Positions 1-10,500 of a stretch of 64,000 nt of DNA are shown one piece after another. A program made the translations under genes and the position numbers. The stretch comes from Lytechinus pictus (lineage: Eukaryota): positions 21,268,001 through 21,332,000 of the forward strand of contig NC_087252.1 of NCBI RefSeq assembly GCF_037042905.1, read 5' to 3'. A model generated the notes under the pieces. That model was not told the origin of the DNA. It saw only the letters and a program-made list of their open reading frames with translations, and did no database searches. The first letter of the stretch is position 1. Each line of letters begins with the position of its first letter.

Positions 1-1789
1 GCATCTCTTTCAGTCTCTTCACGACTCTGGGACTCCGAGACAATCGAACCTTTGCTGCTGCAGTCTTGGAGAGGATGGATGCCCCTGCTCCGTTATTGGT
101 CAAGCTGATAGCAGAATGATCTCTACCTGCATAGTTCCTGGTAAAGGTTTTAGTCTGCTTTGGCTGGGTGGTGTTAAATGCACTGTTCATTGACTCACAT
201 TTCTGGGTTGTGCTGAGAAGCCTTGATTTTGTTACAGTAGATGGTTTCAGACGATGCATAATAACAGTCTCTATTCGTTGTCGATCAAGTTTTGTGAAAC
301 ATGTTGTTTGTCTAACTCTGAGACTGGAGTAGAAAAATTCAAAGTTACCTCTGCACACATTACTATTTATATGACACAATTCATGATTTCCAGTGAAGCA
401 GAGAAGGATAGCTGGCACACACTTGCCAAAATCCACTTTTGATATGTCACCTCTTTTCATTTTTGCTGCTTCCATTTCAGCCTGAATGCGGTATGCAATG
501 TCATCAGCAAAATTCCTCTGCAGTTTGTGCCGCCCTGTGACATACTTTGCTGGAAAAGCCTGCTTGCTGAGTTGAATTTTACCAAGCCTTCGTGCCAAGC
601 CTCGGTTCAGGTGAGTGCTACACAGAAGTGACTCTGGGTCTATATTTGCTCTTTCTTTCATTACTTTCCTTACCCCTCTTGCGAAGTGACCATCGCTATC
701 TGTAGTTACTGCCCCCAACGTTATGCTTTCTGATCCCTCAAGTAGCATCTCAGCACACCGCTCTCCTCCAACCTCCTCATCTCCAATGTTTGCAGAGAGT
801 GGTATAGTTGCAGTGCACTTTCCATGATTGGGGCATACAGGCTTCTTTCCCTCCCTGATAAGCCTTTGCCCGTGCCGACACAGCTTATTTGTTCCATTAT
901 ATGCTATGATGTACTTTTCATGGGTAACATTTTCAGCTACTGTGTCCCTAGACTGACTTGCTGGGGCAAAAGGGGTCCTCCGTCGGGCATGGCTTAATGG
1001 GGTATTGTATTGGCGATCAATTTCAATGTTTATGGGAGTATCCCTTGCCATTCCCCTGCATTCAAGTATATCCTTCACTTTTTTCTTTTTTCTGTCCATG
1101 TCACTTTTGTTTTCTGCCATCATGATTTGTCCACACGTGTTAGCACTTCTCTGAAGGGAGCTCATTGTAGGGGCAGGGGTATTCATAGAGGTAAGCATCC
1201 TTGTTACAGCTGCACCAGCAATGTTTGTTTGATAAAGCCCAACTTGGAGCGCCATGTTTGGTACAGCCACCTTCCTCCCTGGCCTGTTGCTTTCAATCTC
1301 CTTGTATAGTTTTTGGCTGGTGCTCTTGAAATTGCAATTGGTACACTGGAACTGCTCACTTACTGCTAGTCCTCTAATATTTTCACCTTTCTCACTTATC
1401 AACAGATTGGGAGCAAGACAAGAATGACTACTGGCTTGATGTTGACTGATCACTTTATTGAAACACTCTGCCAATTTCTCCATGTCCACAAAGCGATTAC
1501 CAGTGACATTCCCAGATAAAGATGTTGGCTCTGTGAACTCTTGAACAGGTAAACTTTCTTCCACTTTGGGGCGAAGAAGCATTACTGTCTTAACTTGTGT
1601 CTCAATGTTGCCTGTCAGTTGATCACCAAGGACTGAAGTTGTTCTTTCCATATCATTGTTTGTCAGTCGCACATAACTGGTAGACTTCAGCAGTTGCCTT
1701 TCACATGACTGGCCTTTATTCCAGGGTTGGTTGTTAACTTTAAAATGTGTCCTTTTCCTTTTATTATATGAATCTTTCTTCCTACCCAT
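1..1789 (-). CDS. DDE transposase, copy 1 (C-terminus outside window)
   Basis: Matches 4462-6250 of copy 2; ATG (MGRKK) at 1789. Confidence 0.85.
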   Translation of the reverse strand, partial: MGRKKDSYNKRKRTHFKVNNQPWNKGQSCERQLLKSTSYVRLTNNDMERTTSVLGDQLTGNIETQVKTVMLLRPKVEESLPVQEFTEPTSLSGNVTGNRFVDMEKLAECFNKVISQHQASSHSCLAPNLLISEKGENIRGLAVSEQFQCTNCNFKSTSQKLYKEIESNRPGRKVAVPNMALQVGLYQTNIAGAAVTRMLTSMNTPAPTMSSLQRSANTCGQIMMAENKSDMDRKKKKVKDILECRGMARDTPINIEIDRQYNTPLSHARRRTPFAPASQSRDTVAENVTHEKYIIAYNGTNKLCRHGQRLIREGKKPVCPNHGKCTATIPLSANIGDEEVGGERCAEMLLEGSESITLGAVTTDSDGHFARGVRKVMKERANIDPESLLCSTHLNRGLARRLGKIQLSKQAFPAKYVTGRHKLQRNFADDIAYRIQAEMEAAKMKRGDISKVDFGKCVPAILLCFTGNHELCHINSNVCRGNFEFFYSSLRVRQTTCFTKLDRQRIETVIMHRLKPSTVTKSRLLSTTQKCESMNSAFNTTQPKQTKTFTRNYAGRDHSAISLTNNGAGASILSKTAAAKVRLSRSPRVVKRLKEM

Positions 1790-2669
1790 CTTGACTGAAT
1801 TTGCTTTACTGTTGGGTGACAAGAACCACTGAGTAGTGTGTTTATATGAGATGCATCATACCCCCATCTCTTTCTCTCTCACACTCACTTAATTGAGCTC
1901 TTCTTGTGATTGGTTGAAGGGTATAGTTTATTTGCACTCTTGTATGCATCAGTGAGTTCATACTATACTTGCTTTGTTCTGTTCTACCACAAATTAAACC
2001 TGATTATCACATTAGAAATCCAAATTTATGATGTTCAAATTTCTGCAATAGACCTGCACAGCCACCATGCAATGTATCTCTATCTATTCCTTCCATCCAT
2101 CCATCCATCCATCCATCCAGTTTCATCCCACCCCCCCCCCCCTCTCTCACCCCATCCCCTCTTTCTCCTCAATATGGTATTAATATTTAATACTCTCTCT
2201 CTCTTTATCTCATATATCTTCCTCATTCTCTCTCCATATTAATGTAATGCTCATTAACTCTCCATATTGATATAATGCTCATTAACTGCAAAAGAAAAGA
2301 CAAATGTTTAAAGTATGCATACAGTACACATTGCTTTATTGTTTTCTTATTATTCATCTGAAAATTATTTAAGTATGATGAAGGACATTGCCTTGGGTCA
2401 TCTAGCACCCGGTTATGATCAGAAATTGTGCATCTTTATACCTCCATGTTGCTAAGTGTATCTGCTTGTACATTGCATTCATTTATGGGGATACAGTAAG
2501 GATTGTGTAAAATACATATAAACATGTACATTTATGGGTTCCATTAAATGAGTCATTACCAAATACATTTGAATTATTGGTGCAATTTTTTGTTATAATG
2601 TGAGTATGGAGGTGTAAAGGAATAGCAAGGAGGCTGAAATAATGAAAAAAAGTACACATGAGACATTAC

Positions 2670-3134
2670 AGGCCGCATGGGCCTATTAACATTGGGAAAG
2701 CAAGAGATATTCATTCGAGCCAACCCATTGCTATTTTTTTAATTTTGATATGGCTGATTGACAAAGTGTATGCATATGATTGTCCATCTAACACTGATTC
2801 TATTTTTGGTAATTACTGAACTTCCTTTTCCCAAATTGGGAAGAAATATCACCAATTTTGGACTATATTCTGACTGGCGGAAGGATTAGGGCTATTTTGC
2901 TGTTTGAGGTGATGAATCTGCTCCCCCCGACGGTGTCTTCAAACACGCCAATTTATTTTTAAAATGAGCCGGTCGAGGGACCCTTTTCTGGTCAGATATG
3001 GATTGCCAGATAAATATCCTATCCACTGGTAGTAAACATTCGACCCCCGAATTTCATCCTTATTTTTTATGAATTTTTCAAAGTGCCAATTTAACACACG
3101 AGTCTATGGGGAATGAGTTAGGCCTGTGGTACCT
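2670..3134. repeat. 465-bp long terminal direct repeat (LTDR), copy 1
   Basis: Starts AGGCCGCATGGGCCTA and ends TAGGCCTGTGGTACCT (imperfect inverted termini). The right boundary is defined by the array end at 31718; the left boundary is inferred from the inverted repeat. Confidence 0.75.
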
Positions 3135-3474
3135 ATAGCCAAAATAGGGGAAAATCTCAGTTTTCAGTAAGTCGATGAAATACGTACTAAAACTTGTCAA
3201 AAATACTTATTTTTCACTAATATCCACATTTCAATCATCAGGAGATGCAGTAAAGTGGGAGAATTGGGCTAAGCAGGCGGTAAGCAGGTAAGTAACTAAG
3301 CTTCTATGTATATAGCCTAACTTAGGGCCTTAGCCTAACTTGTGTGTACATAACTTCATCCACATCTACCGACGATTACCGGTACCGGTATGCAGCTGTG
3401 CTGTGCTACACTAATTAACGTTAGTTTGATCGCTACCACTGTATACTGAGTTAGATACGGTATATTGAGTGATT

Positions 3475-3909
3475 ATGGCTGTTGCTGCAGTTGGCAGAGG
3501 AATGGGGAGGAGAGAATTAAAGAATCTGGAAAAGGAAGAATGGTGTCGTCATTACGCAGATAAGATTAGAGGGAAGCATAGTGGGGCAGAGGGGGACCCA
3601 ATATCTCAGTGTTGGATTTTCCATGGGAGGAGCAAGACAGGCTCCAAATATAAGTGTATGGATGTGACAATACCAGGGATAGGCAAGACTGTGCGCGCAG
3701 CACACAGGGTGGCCTATATGACCAGTATTGCCAGGTCTTGGTCCTTGCCATCTGAGCTTGAAGTGTCCCATTTGTGTTGTGAGCCTGCCTGCGTTAGACC
3801 AGCACATTTGGTACTTGAAAGCCATGAGGAAAACATATCTCGACGGAATTGCAATTCTTTGCAAAGATGTCTTGGGCACGGAACCAGACCATTATGTATC
3901 TTTAATTAA
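3475..3909 (+). CDS. His-Cys box / His-Me finger (I-PpoI-like) endonuclease, copy 1
   Basis: CWIFHG...AHRVAY...VSHLCCEPACVRPAHLVLESHEENISRRNC...CLGH..PLC matches the SHLC-x4-C-x4-HL-x2-E-x4-N-x2-R-x2-C His-Cys box pattern. First ATG at 3475 (track start 3469 is GTG; alternative ATG at 3502). ATTAAA overlaps the stop. Confidence 0.88.
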   Translation: MAVAAVGRGMGRRELKNLEKEEWCRHYADKIRGKHSGAEGDPISQCWIFHGRSKTGSKYKCMDVTIPGIGKTVRAAHRVAYMTSIARSWSLPSELEVSHLCCEPACVRPAHLVLESHEENISRRNCNSLQRCLGHGTRPLCIFN

Positions 3910-4225
3910 AGTTTGATCCATAAAAGTTAGTATTGCTCCTCCCTTATTTGACTAGGTCCCCCAGCCCAATGAGGTAGGCTTATTATGGTAGGCTACAACT
4001 TTTAGGAATAACTTTGATTTATTTGTTACAATTAGTACAACTTCAATTCTTCATGTGTTTATAGGCCTGATCTAAATCTAGACCTAATTGACTGTGGGCT
4101 AGATAATAAGTTGATGCCAAATAAGAGTTAGAGTTAGTCTCCATGGTCTAAATTTAGCCTGCCCATTAGAATGTAGACCATGTCTATATTCTTAGCAGAA
4201 TTATTGCCTGTAAAAAAGGGAGAGT

Positions 4226-6250
4226 CTAATCACTGTCAGTATCACTCTCACTTACAGTGTTCAACAGGGTTCTATCATAGTTATGATCTACATAGATATG
4301 ATTATGGTCTTGTTCCAACTGTCCTTTCATATAGCATTCTTTCGAGTTTATGTCCATTCGCTTCCTTTCGTATAGTCTAAACTTATACAGGCGATGAAGA
4401 GCTCTTGCATGCTTGACTTTAATCATCTTTGATCTGGCCCTCCAATAATCCCGTCTTTTCTGCATCTCTTTCAGTCTCTTCACGACTCTGGGACTCCGAG
4501 ACAATCGAACCTTTGCTGCTGCAGTCTTGGAGAGGATGGATGCCCCTGCTCCGTTATTGGTCAAGCTGATAGCAGAATGATCTCTACCTGCATAGTTCCT
4601 GGTAAAGGTTTTAGTCTGCTTTGGCTGGGTGGTGTTAAATGCACTGTTCATTGACTCACATTTCTGGGTTGTGCTGAGAAGCCTTGATTTTGTTACAGTA
4701 GATGGTTTCAGACGATGCATAATAACAGTCTCTATTCGTTGTCGATCAAGTTTTGTGAAACATGTTGTTTGTCTAACTCTGAGACTGGAGTAGAAAAATT
4801 CAAAGTTACCTCTGCACACATTACTATTTATATGACACAATTCATGATTTCCAGTGAAGCAGAGAAGGATAGCTGGCACACACTTGCCAAAATCCACTTT
4901 TGATATGTCACCTCTTTTCATTTTTGCTGCTTCCATTTCAGCCTGAATGCGGTATGCAATGTCATCAGCAAAATTCCTCTGCAGTTTGTGCCGCCCTGTG
5001 ACATACTTTGCTGGAAAAGCCTGCTTGCTGAGTTGAATTTTACCAAGCCTTCGTGCCAAGCCTCGGTTCAGGTGAGTGCTACACAGAAGTGACTCTGGGT
5101 CTATATTTGCTCTTTCTTTCATTACTTTCCTTACCCCTCTTGCGAAGTGACCATCGCTATCTGTAGTTACTGCCCCCAACGTTATGCTTTCTGATCCCTC
5201 AAGTAGCATCTCAGCACACCGCTCTCCTCCAACCTCCTCATCTCCAATGTTTGCAGAGAGTGGTATAGTTGCAGTGCACTTTCCATGATTGGGGCATACA
5301 GGCTTCTTTCCCTCCCTGATAAGCCTTTGCCCGTGCCGACACAGCTTATTTGTTCCATTATATGCTATGATGTACTTTTCATGGGTAACATTTTCAGCTA
5401 CTGTGTCCCTAGACTGACTTGCTGGGGCAAAAGGGGTCCTCCGTCGGGCATGGCTTAATGGGGTATTGTATTGGCGATCAATTTCAATGTTTATGGGAGT
5501 ATCCCTTGCCATTCCCCTGCATTCAAGTATATCCTTCACTTTTTTCTTTTTTCTGTCCATGTCACTTTTGTTTTCTGCCATCATGATTTGTCCACACGTG
5601 TTAGCACTTCTCTGAAGGGAGCTCATTGTAGGGGCAGGGGTATTCATAGAGGTAAGCATCCTTGTTACAGCTGCACCAGCAATGTTTGTTTGATAAAGCC
5701 CAACTTGGAGCGCCATGTTTGGTACAGCCACCTTCCTCCCTGGCCTGTTGCTTTCAATCTCCTTGTATAGTTTTTGGCTGGTGCTCTTGAAATTGCAATT
5801 GGTACACTGGAACTGCTCACTTACTGCTAGTCCTCTAATATTTTCACCTTTCTCACTTATCAACAGATTGGGAGCAAGACAAGAATGACTACTGGCTTGA
5901 TGTTGACTGATCACTTTATTGAAACACTCTGCCAATTTCTCCATGTCCACAAAGCGATTACCAGTGACATTCCCAGATAAAGATGTTGGCTCTGTGAACT
6001 CTTGAACAGGTAAACTTTCTTCCACTTTGGGGCGAAGAAGCATTACTGTCTTAACTTGTGTCTCAATGTTGCCTGTCAGTTGATCACCAAGGACTGAAGT
6101 TGTTCTTTCCATATCATTGTTTGTCAGTCGCACATAACTGGTAGACTTCAGCAGTTGCCTTTCACATGACTGGCCTTTATTCCAGGGTTGGTTGTTAACT
6201 TTAAAATGTGTCCTTTTCCTTTTATTATATGAATCTTTCTTCCTACCCAT
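4226..6250 (-). CDS. DDE transposase (Kolobok/Mutator-like), copy 2, 674 aa
   Basis: Uninterrupted ORF. Candidate catalytic residues (685-aa track numbering): D269 (IEIDRQYN), D375/D377 (VTTDSDG), C401xxH404 (CSTH), E543 (TTQKCES). Also an N-terminal H..C/CTNC Zn motif and basic NLS-like stretches. Track start 6283 is TTG; first ATG is 6250. Minus-strand AATAAA at 4018-4023. Confidence 0.88.
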   Translation of the reverse strand: MGRKKDSYNKRKRTHFKVNNQPWNKGQSCERQLLKSTSYVRLTNNDMERTTSVLGDQLTGNIETQVKTVMLLRPKVEESLPVQEFTEPTSLSGNVTGNRFVDMEKLAECFNKVISQHQASSHSCLAPNLLISEKGENIRGLAVSEQFQCTNCNFKSTSQKLYKEIESNRPGRKVAVPNMALQVGLYQTNIAGAAVTRMLTSMNTPAPTMSSLQRSANTCGQIMMAENKSDMDRKKKKVKDILECRGMARDTPINIEIDRQYNTPLSHARRRTPFAPASQSRDTVAENVTHEKYIIAYNGTNKLCRHGQRLIREGKKPVCPNHGKCTATIPLSANIGDEEVGGERCAEMLLEGSESITLGAVTTDSDGHFARGVRKVMKERANIDPESLLCSTHLNRGLARRLGKIQLSKQAFPAKYVTGRHKLQRNFADDIAYRIQAEMEAAKMKRGDISKVDFGKCVPAILLCFTGNHELCHINSNVCRGNFEFFYSSLRVRQTTCFTKLDRQRIETVIMHRLKPSTVTKSRLLSTTQKCESMNSAFNTTQPKQTKTFTRNYAGRDHSAISLTNNGAGASILSKTAAAKVRLSRSPRVVKRLKEMQKRRDYWRARSKMIKVKHARALHRLYKFRLYERKRMDINSKECYMKGQLEQDHNHIYVDHNYDRTLLNTVSESDTDSD

Positions 6251-6301
6251 CTTGACTGAATTTGCTTTACTGTTGGGTGACAAGAACCACTGAGTAGTGT
6301 G

Positions 6302-6374
6302 TTTATATGAGATGCATCATACCCCCATCTCTTTCTCTCTCACACTCACTTAATTGAGCTCTTCTTGTGATTGG
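6302..6374 (-). promoter_or_regulatory. Candidate TATA + CCAAT promoter of the transposase (present in every complete unit)
   Basis: Minus-strand TATAAA at 6302-6307 (~52 bp upstream of the ATG) and CCAAT at 6370-6374. Confidence 0.45.
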
Positions 6375-7129
6375 TTGAAGGGTATAGTTTATTTGCACTC
6401 TTGTATGCATCAGTGAGTTCATACTATACTTGCTTTGTTCTGTTCTACCACAAATTAAACCTGATTATCACATTAGAAATCCAAATTTATGATGTTCAAA
6501 TTTCTGCAATAGACCTGCACAGCCACCATGCAATGTATCTCTATCTATTCCTTCCATCCATCCATCCATCCATCCATCCAGTTTCATCCCACCCCCCCCC
6601 CCTCTCTCACCCCATCCCCTCTTTCTCCTCAATATGGTATTAATATTTAATACTCTCTCTCTCTTTATCTCATATATCTTCCTCATTCTCTCTCCATATT
6701 AATGTAATGCTCATTAACTCTCCATATTGATATAATGCTCATTAACTGCAAAAGAAAAGACAAATGTTTAAAGTATGCATACAGTACACATTGCTTTATT
6801 GTTTTCTTATTATTCATCTGAAAATTATTTAAGTATGATGAAGGACATTGCCTTGGGTCATCTAGCACCCGGTTATGATCAGAAATTGTGCATCTTTATA
6901 CCTCCATGTTGCTAAGTGTATCTGCTTGTACATTGCATTCATTTATGGGGATACAGTAAGGATTGTGTAAAATACATATAAACATGTACATTTATGGGTT
7001 CCATTAAATGAGTCATTACCAAATACATTTGAATTATTGGTGCAATTTTTTGTTATAATGTGAGTATGGAGGTGTAAAGGAATAGCAAGGAGGCTGAAAT
7101 AATGAAAAAAAGTACACATGAGACATTAC

Positions 7130-7594
7130 AGGCCGCATGGGCCTATTAACATTGGGAAAGCAAGAGATATTCATTCGAGCCAACCCATTGCTATTTTTTT
7201 AATTTTGATATGGCTGATTGACAAAGTGTATGCATATGATTGTCCATCTAACACTGATTCTATTTTTGGTAATTACTGAACTTCCTTTTCCCAAATTGGG
7301 AAGAAATATCACCAATTTTGGACTATATTCTGACTGGCGGAAGGATTAGGGCTATTTTGCTGTTTGAGGTGATGAATCTGCTCCCCCCGACGGTGTCTTC
7401 AAACACGCCAATTTATTTTTAAAATGAGCCGGTCGAGGGACCCTTTTCTGGTCAGATATGGATTGCCAGATAAATATCCTATCCACTGGTAGTAAACATT
7501 CGACCCCCGAATTTCATCCTTATTTTTTATGAATTTTTCAAAGTGCCAATTTAACACACGAGTCTATGGGGAATGAGTTAGGCCTGTGGTACCT
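7130..7594. repeat. 465-bp LTDR, copy 2
   Basis: Same sequence and termini as 2670-3134. Confidence 0.75.
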
Positions 7595-7934
7595 ATAGCC
7601 AAAATAGGGGAAAATCTCAGTTTTCAGTAAGTCGATGAAATACGTACTAAAACTTGTCAAAAATACTTATTTTTCACTAATATCCACATTTCAATCATCA
7701 GGAGATGCAGTAAAGTGGGAGAATTGGGCTAAGCAGGCGGTAAGCAGGTAAGTAACTAAGCTTCTATGTATATAGCCTAACTTAGGGCCTTAGCCTAACT
7801 TGTGTGTACATAACTTCATCCACATCTACCGACGATTACCGGTACCGGTATGCAGCTGTGCTGTGCTACACTAATTAACGTTAGTTTGATCGCTACCACT
7901 GTATACTGAGTTAGATACGGTATATTGAGTGATT

Positions 7935-8369
7935 ATGGCTGTTGCTGCAGTTGGCAGAGGAATGGGGAGGAGAGAATTAAAGAATCTGGAAAAGGAAGAA
8001 TGGTGTCGTCATTACGCAGATAAGATTAGAGGGAAGCATAGTGGGGCAGAGGGGGACCCAATATCTCAGTGTTGGATTTTCCATGGGAGGAGCAAGACAG
8101 GCTCCAAATATAAGTGTATGGATGTGACAATACCAGGGATAGGCAAGACTGTGCGCGCAGCACACAGGGTGGCCTATATGACCAGTATTGCCAGGTCTTG
8201 GTCCTTGCCATCTGAGCTTGAAGTGTCCCATTTGTGTTGTGAGCCTGCCTGCGTTAGACCAGCACATTTGGTACTTGAAAGCCATGAGGAAAACATATCT
8301 CGACGGAATTGCAATTCTTTGCAAAGATGTCTTGGGCACGGAACCAGACCATTATGTATCTTTAATTAA
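7935..8369 (+). CDS. His-Me finger endonuclease, copy 2
   Basis: Identical translation to copy 1. Confidence 0.88.
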   Translation: MAVAAVGRGMGRRELKNLEKEEWCRHYADKIRGKHSGAEGDPISQCWIFHGRSKTGSKYKCMDVTIPGIGKTVRAAHRVAYMTSIARSWSLPSELEVSHLCCEPACVRPAHLVLESHEENISRRNCNSLQRCLGHGTRPLCIFN

Positions 8370-8685
8370 AGTTTGATCCATAAAAGTTAGTATTGCTCCT
8401 CCCTTATTTGACTAGGTCCCCCAGCCCAATGAGGTAGGCTTATTATGGTAGGCTACAACTTTTAGGAATAACTTTGATTTATTTGTTACAATTAGTACAA
8501 CTTCAATTCTTCATGTGTTTATAGGCCTGATCTAAATCTAGACCTAATTGACTGTGGGCTAGATAATAAGTTGATGCCAAATAAGAGTTAGAGTTAGTCT
8601 CCATGGTCTAAATTTAGCCTGCCCATTAGAATGTAGACCATGTCTATATTCTTAGCAGAATTATTGCCTGTAAAAAAGGGAGAGT

Positions 8686-10200
8686 CTAATCACTGTCAGT
8701 ATCACTCTCACTTACAGTGTTCAACAGGGTTCTATCATAGTTATGATCTACATAGATATGATTATGGTCTTGTTCCAACTGTCCTTTCATATAGCATTCT
8801 TTCGAGTTTATGTCCATTCGCTTCCTTTCGTATAGTCTAAACTTATACAGGCGATGAAGAGCTCTTGCATGCTTGACTTTAATCATCTTTGATCTGGCCC
8901 TCCAATAATCCCGTCTTTTCTGCATCTCTTTCAGTCTCTTCACGACTCTGGGACTCCGAGACAATCGAACCTTTGCTGCTGCAGTCTTGGAGAGGATGGA
9001 TGCCCCTGCTCCGTTATTGGTCAAGCTGATAGCAGAATGATCTCTACCTGCATAGTTCCTGGTAAAGGTTTTAGTCTGCTTTGGCTGGGTGGTGTTAAAT
9101 GCACTGTTCATTGACTCACATTTCTGGGTTGTGCTGAGAAGCCTTGATTTTGTTACAGTAGATGGTTTCAGACGATGCATAATAACAGTCTCTATTCGTT
9201 GTCGATCAAGTTTTGTGAAACAGTTGTTTGTCTAACTCTGAGACTGGAGTAGAAAAATTCAAAGTTACCTCTGCACACATTACTATTTATATGACACAAT
9301 TCATGATTTCCAGTGAAGCAGAGAAGGATAGCTGGCACACACTTGCCAAAATCCACTTTTGATATGTCACCTCTTTTCATTTTTGCTGCTTCCATTTCAG
9401 CCTGAATGCGGTATGCAATGTCATCAGCAAAATTCCTCTGCAGTTTGTGCCGCCCTGTGACATACTTTGCTGGAAAAGCCTGCTTGCTGAGTTGAATTTT
9501 ACCAAGCCTTCGTGCCAAGCCTCGGTTCAGGTGAGTGCTACACAGAAGTGACTCTGGGTCTATATTTGCTCTTTCTTTCATTACTTTCCTTACCCCTCTT
9601 GCGAAGTGACCATCGCTATCTGTAGTTACTGCCCCCAACGTTATGCTTTCTGATCCCTCAAGTAGCATCTCAGCACACCGCTCTCCTCCAACCTCCTCAT
9701 CTCCAATGTTTGCAGAGAGTGGTATAGTTGCAGTGCACTTTCCATGATTGGGGCATACAGGCTTCTTTCCCTCCCTGATAAGCCTTTGCCCGTGCCGACA
9801 CAGCTTATTTGTTCCATTATATGCTATGATGTACTTTTCATGGGTAACATTTTCAGCTACTGTGTCCCTAGACTGACTTGCTGGGGCAAAAGGGGTCCTC
9901 CGTCGGGCATGGCTTAATGGGGTAATTGTATTGGCGATCAATTTCAATGTTTATGGGAGTATCCCTTGCCATTCCCCTGCATTCAAGTATATCCTTCACT
10001 TTTTTCTTTTTTCTGTCCATGTCACTTTTGTTTTCTGCCATCATGATTTGTCCACACGTGTTAGCACTTCTCTGAAGGGAGCTCATTGTAGGGGCAGGGG
10101 TATTCATAGAGGTAAGCATCCTTGTTACAGCTGCACCAGCAATGTTTGTTTGATAAAGCCCAACTTGGAGCGCCATGTTTGGTACAGCCACCTTCCTCCA
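8686..10200 (-). pseudogene. Transposase copy 3, frameshifted and cut by the assembly gap
   Basis: 1-bp deletion near 9222 (AAACAGTTG vs AAACATGTTG) and 1-bp insertion near 9924 (GGTAATTG vs GGTATTG). Both lie near the contig end, so they may be sequencing errors. Confidence 0.6.
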
Positions 10201-10400
10201 NNNNNNNNNNNNNNNNNNNNNNNNNNNNNNNNNNNNNNNNNNNNNNNNNNNNNNNNNNNNNNNNNNNNNNNNNNNNNNNNNNNNNNNNNNNNNNNNNNNN
10301 NNNNNNNNNNNNNNNNNNNNNNNNNNNNNNNNNNNNNNNNNNNNNNNNNNNNNNNNNNNNNNNNNNNNNNNNNNNNNNNNNNNNNNNNNNNNNNNNNNNN
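10201..10400. other. Assembly gap (200 N)
   Basis: Run of N. The sequence resumes at a different phase of the unit (equivalent to ~4126), so the true copy number is unresolved. Confidence 0.99.
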
Positions 10401-10500
10401 AGTTAGAGTTAGTCTCCATGGTCTAAATTTAGCCTGCCCATTAGAATGTAGACCATGTCTATATTCTTAGCAGAAATATTGCCTGTAAAAAAGGGAGAGT

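Noticed and set aside
254..2408. Small ORFs repeated in every unit (62, 99, 90-110, 61, 72 aa, etc.)
   Set aside because: They are antisense to the transposase or cross microsatellite and poly-C tracts whose length varies between copies. No recognisable motifs.
3517..3916. ORFs overlapping the nuclease (120, 61, 62 aa)
   Set aside because: Shadow frames of the His-Cys box gene.
2670..7594. LTR retrotransposon, group I intron or rDNA interpretation of the unit
   Set aside because: No RT or gag, termini are AGG/CCT rather than TG/CA, and there is no recognisable rRNA sequence around the nuclease.
9868..10470. ORFs spanning the N run
   Set aside because: Artefacts of translating through the assembly gap.
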